In this document: piece after piece, positions 8,998 through 16,496 of the stretch
Numbering within the stretch: the stretch's first letter is position 1
How the letters are laid out: the number at the start of each line of letters is the position of its first letter
Source: Promethearchaeota archaeon
GTDB taxonomy: Archaea > Asgardarchaeota > Lokiarchaeia > Sigyniarchaeales > SOKP01
NCBI GenBank assembly: GCA_048941015.1
Contig: JBHLNZ010000057.1
Location: 1-19,372 of the forward strand
DNA length: 19,372 nucleotides
Reading direction: 5' to 3'
Notes under the pieces: generated by a model
What the model saw: only the letters and a program-made list of their open reading frames with translations
Databases searched by the model: none
What the model was told of the DNA's origin: nothing
Program-made: the position numbers and the translations under genes

Positions 8998-9750
8998 TTA
9001 CGAAAACCAATTCTCGACAAAAACCGATGTTTGCTTAATTTTACCTGTTAAAGTGACCATTAATGGAGTAGCTATTGCTGATAAAACAATTAAATCACCA
9101 GCAAACCATCCAATTACGCCGATCCAGAAGCTTTCAGGAGGAGCAATTCCAATAAATACTAAACCTGAAATTCCAAACAATGCAGAAACTATAGCAGCAC
9201 CAAATATTCCAAAAACTACAAATAATAGCCAAGATTTCGAGGGATTAATAATATACATCCCAATTAAGAGTACTATAGCTATAATAAAAGTAATTAACCA
9301 TAGTACCTCTAATCCCGCTATTGCTGTAGCGATTGCAGCGATTATTAGATCAATTATTAATACCCCTAGGATAATATATAATTCATTTTTTCTTTTCAAA
9401 TCTGCTCCAATATCCACATCTGCTTTAAATAGTCTAAATGCTAATAATGGAACTAAACCTTCAAATAAGTCAGCTAAAGACCAATAAAAACTCCATGCGC
9501 CAAAACCACTTACAAATCCAAGTATAACACATGAAAAATACCCAGCTAAGCAGCCCCACATTCCTAACCATAAACTTAAGGGGACATAAATTGCTGCTGC
9601 TAAATATAAACCTGAAACACCGGGAAATGGCGCAACTGGAGCCGCAATTACTGCATATATAGCTAAAATTGCAGCAACTCCAGTAGCAAGAGCAGTAACA
9701 ACGATGTGACGCCATGTAACGCCCACTTTTACTTCTTCCATTTCACTCAT
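8998..9750 (-). CDS. Putative ECF substrate-specific (S) component, substrate unknown
   Basis: Highly hydrophobic 250-aa protein and first gene of the S-T-AA' operon. It has an S-component-like ..LWLG.WG.LAGY....I.G pattern and a C-terminal GWFAGD. GGTG SD upstream. Confidence 0.75.
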   Translation of the reverse strand: MSEMEEVKVGVTWRHIVVTALATGVAAILAIYAVIAAPVAPFPGVSGLYLAAAIYVPLSLWLGMWGCLAGYFSCVILGFVSGFGAWSFYWSLADLFEGLVPLLAFRLFKADVDIGADLKRKNELYIILGVLIIDLIIAAIATAIAGLEVLWLITFIIAIVLLIGMYIINPSKSWLLFVVFGIFGAAIVSALFGISGLVFIGIAPPESFWIGVIGWFAGDLIVLSAIATPLMVTLTGKIKQTSVFVENWFS

Positions 9751-9826
9751 TTATAATACACCAAAAACTTAATTCTCATAGTTTTGAAAATTTTCTTTAG
9801 ATTGCATGTAAAAATTAAATGTGTTC

Positions 9827-9839
9827 TTATATAAAGTTT
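9827..9839 (-). promoter_or_regulatory. BRE/TATA promoter element of the ECF operon
   Basis: The minus strand reads AAACTTTATATAA, a near-consensus archaeal BRE+TATA, about 77 nt upstream of the S-component ATG. Confidence 0.55.
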
Positions 9840-9959
9840 AATAGTAATTTGATTAACAATATATTATCCTAATTCTTTCTTCTCAAAATAAGAGTATAAA
9901 AGTTAATAATGGGATATTAATTATTGAAAAATATTAATGGATAGATATAGTGAATCATC

Positions 9960-11402
9960 ATGGAAAGAATGTATACTAATTGGATTAAAAATAATCAAGA
10001 TATATTAATAGATCTTAGTGATAAAATCTGGGGATTTGCTGAGCTTTCATTGGAAGAGTATAAATCATCTGAATTATTAATCAAAACTTTAAAAGAGTAT
10101 GGATTTTCTGTCGAAAGTGGAGTTGCTGATATGCCAACCGCTTTCTATGGAAGTTATGGAGAAGGAACTCCAGTAATAGCAATCCTCGGAGAATACGACG
10201 CTTTACCAGGTTTAAGCCAAGCCTCTAAACCTATTAGAAAAATATTAAAAGAAGGAGCTCCGGGGCATGGATGTGGTCATAATTTATTAGGAGTAGGATC
10301 ACTTGGAGCTACTTTAGCTGTTAAAAGTGCAATAGATAATGGAGATGCTAAAGGAACAATTAGATATTATGGATGTCCTGCAGAAGAATCATTTAATGCT
10401 AAAGGTTATATGATTAAGTCAGGGGTATTCAATGACGTTGATATTGCTATGACTTGGCATCCTAGTTTTTTGAATATGTTAAATTTAATGTCTGCACTAG
10501 CAATGAATTCTGTTATTTTCAAATTCTATGGTCGAACTGCTCATGCTGCTGGTGATCCACAAAATGGTCGTAGTGCTTTAGATGCGGTTGAATTAATGAA
10601 TGTGGGAGCAAATTATATGCGTGAACATATAATTAGTGATGCAAGGCTTCATTACATAATTACGAATGGTGGACAAGCTCCTAATGTAGTTCCTGCTGAA
10701 GCAGAAGTACATTATTTTGTACGTGCTCCAGAACGTCATCAAGTTGAAGAAATCTACAATCGCTTAATTAATATCGCTAAAGGTGCAGAATTAATGACTG
10801 AAACTAAAATGGAAATAGATTTTTTAAGCGGAACATATAATACAATGTATAATAATATTGTGGATGAAGTACTCTCAGATTCAATGAAGCAAGTTGGACC
10901 TCCAAAATTTAATCGCGAGGATATGGAATTCGCTAAAAAACTAAGAGAATCATTACCTCCTAATTCAATGGAGGGGTATTATCGGTTAATACCTCCTGAC
11001 ATGTTAGAGATGGCTATGGCAATTTTAAGTCAACCTCTCAATAAAATTATTGTACCTCCAATAGGCAAAGGTAAATCTATGCCTGGTTCTACTGACGTAG
11101 CTGATGTATCTTGGAAGGTTCCTCTTGGAGAATTTACAACAGCTTGCCAAATAATGGGATCTCCAGGGCACTCATGGCAAAATGTAGCGACATCGGGCAT
11201 GAGTATTGGACATAAGGGCATGTTAAATGCAGCAAAAATATTAACTATAGCCACATTGAAATTCATGAATAATCTTGAACTAATTAAAAAAGCCAAAGAA
11301 GAACATGAAAAAGTTCATAAAGAAAAGCAATATAAATCTCCATTTCCTGAAGGTTTAAAACCCCCTTTTCATAGAATTAAAAGGAGAATGATATTAAATT
11401 AA
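9960..11402 (+). CDS. M20 family amidohydrolase, AbgB-like (p-aminobenzoyl-glutamate hydrolase subunit B-like)
   Basis: GEYDALPG, GHGCGHNLLG, GCPAEE, WHP, F.GRTAHAA..P..GRSALDAVELMN.G.NY.REH, GSTDVADVSW..P and GHSWQ. Followed by a T-rich tract at 11419-11445. Confidence 0.85.
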   Translation: MERMYTNWIKNNQDILIDLSDKIWGFAELSLEEYKSSELLIKTLKEYGFSVESGVADMPTAFYGSYGEGTPVIAILGEYDALPGLSQASKPIRKILKEGAPGHGCGHNLLGVGSLGATLAVKSAIDNGDAKGTIRYYGCPAEESFNAKGYMIKSGVFNDVDIAMTWHPSFLNMLNLMSALAMNSVIFKFYGRTAHAAGDPQNGRSALDAVELMNVGANYMREHIISDARLHYIITNGGQAPNVVPAEAEVHYFVRAPERHQVEEIYNRLINIAKGAELMTETKMEIDFLSGTYNTMYNNIVDEVLSDSMKQVGPPKFNREDMEFAKKLRESLPPNSMEGYYRLIPPDMLEMAMAILSQPLNKIIVPPIGKGKSMPGSTDVADVSWKVPLGEFTTACQIMGSPGHSWQNVATSGMSIGHKGMLNAAKILTIATLKFMNNLELIKKAKEEHEKVHKEKQYKSPFPEGLKPPFHRIKRRMILN

Positions 11403-11540
11403 TTCTATATCCGGAAATTCTTCTTTTTATTTTTTCTAATTTTCAATTAAAAATCCTATATTAAAAATTGGACTCTTTAAGAAATTTATAGTTCACTCCA
11501 TTTTTCTTATTAGGTTTTATAAAAAAGAAAGTGATAAATT

Positions 11541-11819
11541 ATGAGTAAAGTGACAAAATGGCAATATAATGATATTTTCGAGCCAAGAAGAGAAAAGCTG
11601 ATTAATATGCTTTTATGTGAAATTATCTTTCTCAAATCTCAACTTAAACAATCAAAATCTAAAAATCAAGAATATTATCTTAATACTGCTTTAATTAAAT
11701 TAGAATTTGTGCTAAAAGATTTAAAAAATAGTGAGAAAGATATTTCTGACATGGAATTTGATAGAATCATTAAAGTAGTATACGAAGTGTTCAAAGAAAT
11801 TGTCATTAATATTGAATAA
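11541..11819 (+). CDS. Hypothetical small helical protein (92 aa)
   Basis: ATG preceded by a GTGAT SD. It fills an otherwise empty intergenic gap and has an amphipathic helical pattern. No family recognised. Confidence 0.65.
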   Translation: MSKVTKWQYNDIFEPRREKLINMLLCEIIFLKSQLKQSKSKNQEYYLNTALIKLEFVLKDLKNSEKDISDMEFDRIIKVVYEVFKEIVINIE

Positions 11820-11890
11820 TATTTAATTTTAAGAATATAATTCTTATTTCTAATAAAATTTGAAAAAAAATAAAGAATAAAGAATTATTT

Positions 11891-12838
11891 TTACATAAGA
11901 CCTAATACTTCACTCGCAACTGCTTGTATTGTCTCCTTTTGAGGAAGTCCCTTTAATAGTTCAGACTTTGCACGTTCAACTAATTCTTGTGGTGTAAAGG
12001 GTCTTCCATTATTATCAATTCTATTAACAGTATGCCAACCACGATACACCCATACTTTATCTCCTGCTGCTCGGAAAACTTCTCCCGACACCCTTCTCGC
12101 ATTATCAGACGCCAAATATACGATTAAAGGAGCGAAATGTGCTGGATCGAAAACATCGAAACCAGATGTGTCTTTTTTCTGCATTATTCCTGCAGTTTGG
12201 GGAGTAGCATCAACAGTTAACCTTGTACGAGCCATTGGAACAACACAATTAACTGTAGCGTATTTTTTCAATTCTTCTGATACTATTAAAGTAAAGGCAG
12301 CAATACCTGCTTTTGCTGCTCCGTAATTAGACTGTCCAACATTTCCTAATAACCCTGCATCAGAAGCAGTATTAATAATTCTACCAAATACTTTTAATTT
12401 AGGATCAGCTTTACCTCTTTCTCTAAAATAAGCAGCAGCGTGTCGTGTCATATTAAAAGTTCCTTTTAAATGTACTCCAATAACAGCATCAAATTCTGCC
12501 TCAGTCATATTGAAAATCATTCTATCACGTAAAATACCTGCATTATTAACAACAATGTCTAACTTTCCAAACTCTGATATAGCTTGGTCAATCATTGCCT
12601 TCGCTTTATTGAAATCAGTAACGCTATCGTAATTCCCTACAGCTTTAACTCCTAATTTTTTACATTCTTCTGCAACCTCATCAGCAACTTTAGTTTCTGC
12701 TCCAGTTCCATCAAATCCAGCTCCTAAATCATTTATTACTAGATTACATCCCTCTTTTGCCATGGCTAGGGCTTCTTCTCGCCCCAATCCACGACCTGCG
12801 CCAGTAATTATGGCGACTTTTCCATCTAACATTCCCAT
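11891..12838 (-). CDS. Short-chain dehydrogenase/reductase, similar to the MFE-2/HSD17B4-type (R)-3-hydroxyacyl-CoA dehydrogenase domain
   Basis: TGAGRGLG, VINDLG, NNAGILRD, V..VHLKGTF and the catalytic GQSNYGAAK (YxxxK). GTGAT SD. Confidence 0.88.
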   Translation of the reverse strand: MGMLDGKVAIITGAGRGLGREEALAMAKEGCNLVINDLGAGFDGTGAETKVADEVAEECKKLGVKAVGNYDSVTDFNKAKAMIDQAISEFGKLDIVVNNAGILRDRMIFNMTEAEFDAVIGVHLKGTFNMTRHAAAYFRERGKADPKLKVFGRIINTASDAGLLGNVGQSNYGAAKAGIAAFTLIVSEELKKYATVNCVVPMARTRLTVDATPQTAGIMQKKDTSGFDVFDPAHFAPLIVYLASDNARRVSGEVFRAAGDKVWVYRGWHTVNRIDNNGRPFTPQELVERAKSELLKGLPQKETIQAVASEVLGLM

Positions 12839-12979
12839 ATTGAATAATCACTTTTTTCTTTTTTTTTTAAACTTATCATTTTAAATAGAGATAATTAAAA
12901 ACGATTTTTAAAGTTAAAAAATTTTTATAATTTATTGTTTTCTTAGAATTATATTTTAATTTTTAAATTTTAGAAAAAA

Positions 12980-13477
12980 ATGATAATAATAACTCATCTT
13001 TTAGCCGGAATTCTTATCCAAGTTTTGTGTTTCAAATTTTTTAGTTTTCCAATTAATTTTTTATTAACAATTCTTTTTGCGTTTCTTTCCCATTTTATTC
13101 TTGATGCTTTTGTTAATATAACATACCATACTCCCGATCCTCAGAAGGAAAGTAAATTTTGGCTTTCTTGGCGAATATTCGACTATACTGGGACTGCAGT
13201 AATAGCAATTATCTTTTTTTTCCCATATGTTTTAGGAATGCTATTTGCCAATATGATGGATATTGTAGATTGGGTAATAATGAGACCGATTTATAGAAAA
13301 AAAGTAGGTCAGGAAGAGTTTGATTGGAATAAAAATTTTATATTCCATGAATTAATTGCAAAATTCAGAGATAAATTACTTTTTTGGCTTCCAAACTGGA
13401 GATTTAAGAAGTATGGAATTATACCAGAATTGATTATTATTACAGGCTTTTTAATACTTATAATAATCTTAATATAA
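12980..13477 (+). CDS. Membrane protein with conserved His/Asp residues (putative metal-dependent hydrolase), paralog 1
   Basis: TH...SHFILD...YH...NxxDxxDW...FH motifs and several TM helices. Collinear with 14007..14507. TATA-like AAAATTTTTATAA at about 12918-12930. Confidence 0.75.
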   Translation: MIIITHLLAGILIQVLCFKFFSFPINFLLTILFAFLSHFILDAFVNITYHTPDPQKESKFWLSWRIFDYTGTAVIAIIFFFPYVLGMLFANMMDIVDWVIMRPIYRKKVGQEEFDWNKNFIFHELIAKFRDKLLFWLPNWRFKKYGIIPELIIITGFLILIIILI

Positions 13478-13527
13478 ATTCTAGTTTTATATAAAATTAA
13501 TTATAGTAGAAAATTTTTTCATTTTAG

Positions 13528-13665
13528 TTGCAGATATTTATAACCCTGAATAAACAACAAATAAAAGAAATCGCTTCATGGGTTAAAGAAAGTGTTGATT
13601 CGGATATTACTCAAACCACTGAAATTTACTTGATTGAGGCATTTAAACCAGAATTTAAGATATAG
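13528..13665 (+). other. Unannotated 45-codon ORF or gene remnant (TTG start; MQIFITLNKQQIKEIASWVKESVDSDITQTTEIYLIEAFKPEFKI)
   Basis: Translated by hand. The composition is protein-like and more GC-rich than the flanking spacers. A palindromic TTTTATATAAAA lies at 13485-13496 upstream, and the stop abuts a GGAGGTGA SD. Confidence 0.35.
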
Positions 13666-13727
13666 GAGGTGAAAAGAGAGTTTTAAACAGAAAATGGAAA
13701 AATGCAGATGAACAGTTAAAAAGGCTT

Positions 13728-13949
13728 TTGATTGGTTTTATACTTTTAGCAACTTCTATTCTATTATTTACTCTGGGAATTTATCTCACTGTAATTCCTC
13801 AAGACATTATATATGATTATTATCATGGATACATCCCAAAATTTATGGGCGGTGCCATATATTCATGTTTTTTTGCTATTTTATTTCTGGTTGGTTCATT
13901 CTATCTATTTTATGTATATCATAAAAAAAGAGGGGAGGTGAAAAAATAA
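13728..13949 (+). CDS. Small two-TM membrane protein; the true start may lie upstream near 13680
   Basis: Two hydrophobic helices and a basic C-tail. The frame is open back to a TAA at 13656-13658, with a perfect GGAGGTGA SD at 13665-13672. Confidence 0.55.
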   Translation: MIGFILLATSILLFTLGIYLTVIPQDIIYDYYHGYIPKFMGGAIYSCFFAILFLVGSFYLFYVYHKKRGEVKK

Positions 13950-14006
13950 AAGTAACTAACCTGAGAAAAATTTCTATTATAAATTAAATTAAAGAAGGAA
14001 AAATTT

Positions 14007-14507
14007 TTGGAGAGCATTACTCATAATTTAACGGCAGTTATTATTCAAATAACCTGCTTTAAAGTGTTTTCATTTCCATTGAATTTTATTTTAACCATAA
14101 TTTTTGCATTTCTTTCTCATTTTATATCAGATGCTTTATCTAAAATAACCTATCATACCCCAGAACCACATAAAGAAGACAAATTTTGGGTTAGCTGGCA
14201 TATAATTCTTTTATCTCTCTCAATATTTAGTTTTATTATCTTTATTATACCCTTTTGGTTAGCGATATTATTTGTTAATCTGCCAGACATTATTGATTGG
14301 TTTATACTTAGACCTATTAATAATAGAAAAAATAAAGAAAGTTCCGAATTGATATGGAGAAAAAATTATTTATTTCATCCTATAGCTGATTGGATTCGAA
14401 AGAATGGTTTTTTTTGGCTCCCAGAATGGACTTACAAAAAGGCAAGTATCTCAGTTGAAATTTCTATTATTATAATTTTATCTATTGTTATTTTTATAAT
14501 ATTATAG
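14007..14507 (+). CDS. Membrane protein with conserved His/Asp residues (putative metal-dependent hydrolase), paralog 2
   Basis: TTG start aligned with the Met of paralog 1. Shares TH, CFK.FSFP.NF, FAFLSHFI.DA, ITYHTP, KFW.SW, N..DI.DW, RPI, FH and FWLP.W. Confidence 0.75.
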   Translation: MESITHNLTAVIIQITCFKVFSFPLNFILTIIFAFLSHFISDALSKITYHTPEPHKEDKFWVSWHIILLSLSIFSFIIFIIPFWLAILFVNLPDIIDWFILRPINNRKNKESSELIWRKNYLFHPIADWIRKNGFFWLPEWTYKKASISVEISIIIILSIVIFIIL

Positions 14508-14606
14508 AAATTTAACGGTTAAATTAATTATTTCTTTTAAAGAAACTAATAACTCTACCGAAATTTTTAATTATTGTATTAATGAAACTTTTTGATTTCT
14601 ATATGG

Positions 14607-15731
14607 CTAATGATGTTTACCTTTTAATTCCAATTTACGATCCAAAATTTTAACGTATAAATCATCCATAGTTTCAACTAAATCAATCTCTTTGTCTTTT
14701 TTTATGAGATTAATTGCGTTTTCAGGGCAAGTTGGGACACAATTACCACAACCGATACATTTCTTTTTGTTAACCTTGGAAATATCATTAACTAGTTTTA
14801 TAGCCTCCATTTGACAACGGCCTACACATGTACCACAACCAGAACATAATTCTGAATCAACTTCTGCATAATAATTAGCAGAAAAAAATTGTACTGGTCT
14901 AGGAAAAGTCTTTGTACCAGTTAATACAGGGCAACAACATCCGCAGCAACTACAAATAAAGTCAGGTCTAAGTGCATTTCCTGCTTGGAGTACTAAACCG
15001 TCATCTTCATTTTTACGCTGTATCTCGAGAGCTTCCTCTCTTGAGATTTCGCGTCCCCATCCATTATTAATATACATTTGAGCCATTTCACCAAAACCCA
15101 TACAAACTTCACGTCGATCTGTTGCCTTACAAGGTTGTCCGAAAAGATCCATAGCTTGACGACAAATGCAATTTGTTACCATAAATGGATCTTGTGCATT
15201 TTCAATAATAATCTTAAGATCGTCATATGTAGCAATATGATGTTCAGGAGAGATACTTTTTTCGACCGGAATCGTCCGAAACTGTGAAATTTTAGTACCA
15301 AATACTTCTAATCCAAATCCTTCAATAAGATATTGATATATTTTTTTTGTAGTATCAATATCAAGTCTATTTACTTGAAATTCATGAATTCCAATTATGA
15401 ACTGTGCGTTACTAAAATATTTTTTTTCACCTTCTATTTTATGATGTATTAAACCTTTTTTTGCCATGTTATCTAAATGAGTCTCTAATTCTTTAAAGTC
15501 AACACCTGTATCTTTAAGTCGTTCATAAATCACCTCTAAGGGTTCTAATTGCTTAGACCAAGAGAATCTTAAGCTAGTAGCTATTTTAGCCTCTTCTGGA
15601 GTAAAAAGATCTTTCAAAATGTCTATTTCTATACCCGATTTAGTTGATGGAAATCCAATGGGAAAAGAATCAAGGTGTTCTCTCAATTCATTATATACAA
15701 TTGATTCATCTAATAGCATTATTTTAACCAA
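14607..15731 (-). CDS. Multi-iron-sulfur protein with a C-terminal 2x[4Fe-4S] ferredoxin domain (start may be the ATG at 15719)
   Basis: CSGCGTCVGRCQ and CIGCGNCVPTCP, extra Cys clusters CICRQ..C..EVC and ICSCCGCCCP, and an N-terminal FTPEEA...LD.MAKKGLI winged-helix-like segment. Confidence 0.85.
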   Translation of the reverse strand: MVKIMLLDESIVYNELREHLDSFPIGFPSTKSGIEIDILKDLFTPEEAKIATSLRFSWSKQLEPLEVIYERLKDTGVDFKELETHLDNMAKKGLIHHKIEGEKKYFSNAQFIIGIHEFQVNRLDIDTTKKIYQYLIEGFGLEVFGTKISQFRTIPVEKSISPEHHIATYDDLKIIIENAQDPFMVTNCICRQAMDLFGQPCKATDRREVCMGFGEMAQMYINNGWGREISREEALEIQRKNEDDGLVLQAGNALRPDFICSCCGCCCPVLTGTKTFPRPVQFFSANYYAEVDSELCSGCGTCVGRCQMEAIKLVNDISKVNKKKCIGCGNCVPTCPENAINLIKKDKEIDLVETMDDLYVKILDRKLELKGKHH

Positions 15732-15801
15732 TTATTATAATTTAGATTTCACAAAATTTTAGTATTGGTTACTAAGGATAATTTTTATTTATTTGTTATG
15801 G

Positions 15802-16218
15802 CTATATATTCTCTCCTAAAAAATGACTGTTAAAAATGCTAAATCTTTTAAAATAGAATAGATGACTCTTACATTGACAATCTGAAGAGCCAAAATTTTT
15901 TATATAATCATCAGCGTTGACAAATATCTCTTGAGCTATAATGCATTCATAAGGATGTTGTGAAGGAATAAGATATAATTTTTTTATTATAGAATTAGAA
16001 TTAGCTAAAAAATAATCTATATGCCAATGGAGCTTTTTATTATTAGAATTTCGTAAATGTCTTCTAACTCTATTAATTAGAGTTGCAGAACCAGAAATTC
16101 CCATTGCTGAACCTACATATAAATAGTAACCTTTAGAAAAGAAAATTTTGCCTAAGGAGCCAATCTGAATTTTAGAATTTTCTTTTAAGAAAATAACTAT
16201 ATTATAAGTTCCTTTCAT
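15802..16218 (-). CDS. GIY-YIG (Uri superfamily) nuclease, DUF123 type
   Basis: KGTY..., IG.LG, GYYLYVGSA, R..RH, K.HWHIDY, EC and FGSSDCQCKSHLFY. The start is reassigned from TTG 16227 to ATG 16218, which overlaps the upstream TGA (ATGA). Confidence 0.88.
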   Translation of the reverse strand: MKGTYNIVIFLKENSKIQIGSLGKIFFSKGYYLYVGSAMGISGSATLINRVRRHLRNSNNKKLHWHIDYFLANSNSIIKKLYLIPSQHPYECIIAQEIFVNADDYIKNFGSSDCQCKSHLFYFKRFSIFNSHFLGENI

Positions 16219-16394
16219 TTTCGGCAATTCTTTTTATGATCTTGGTAACAACTTTCACAGAAAAGTTTACCACATTTTCTGCATTGTATAGCACAATTAT
16301 CGCATATAGCATTATCACATCCGCCAGAGCACTCATATAACACATCGTTTGGATTTTCTCCACAGCTCTCGCAAATTATTTCTCGATTACTCAT
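16215..16394 (-). CDS. Unannotated 59-aa Cys-rich zinc-finger microprotein
   Basis: Hand translation: MSNREIICESCGENPNDVLYECSGGCDNAICDNCAIQCRKCGKLFCESCYQDHKKNCRK*. It has 11 Cys and 1 His in paired knuckles, an ATG start and an ATGA overlap with the DUF123 gene. It is shorter than any ORF in the supplied track. Confidence 0.88.
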   Translation of the reverse strand: MSNREIICESCGENPNDVLYECSGGCDNAICDNCAIQCRKCGKLFCESCYQDHKKNCRK

Positions 16395-16496
16395 TTAAAC
16401 CACATCATAAAGATTATTTATAGTAAAAATAATTAAGCAATTAAAAATAATAAAAATCGTTATTATTACTTAAATAAACTTCTAAAGGTAGTATCA

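Noticed and set aside
8972-9487. 171-aa plus-strand ORF
   Set aside because: Antisense shadow of the hydrophobic S-component gene, with the Ile/Asn/Pro/Thr-rich composition typical of such shadows.
12900-12910. TAAAAATCGTT shared upstream of the SDR (minus strand) and the acyl-CoA dehydrogenase (16451-16461) as a regulon motif
   Set aside because: AAAAATCGTT also occurs inside coding regions (about 6635 and 18400), and in both promoters it can be read as the BRE next to a TATA-like run.
16195-16217. Selenocysteine or readthrough at the TGA ending the Cys-rich microprotein
   Set aside because: In-frame continuation hits TAG after five codons (AAG GAA CTT ATA ATA TAG), and the TGA is explained by the ATGA overlap.
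15802-16218. GIY-YIG gene as a homing endonuclease or mobile element
   Set aside because: It has the DUF123-specific HWHIDY and FGSSDCxC motifs, does not interrupt a host gene and has no flanking repeats.
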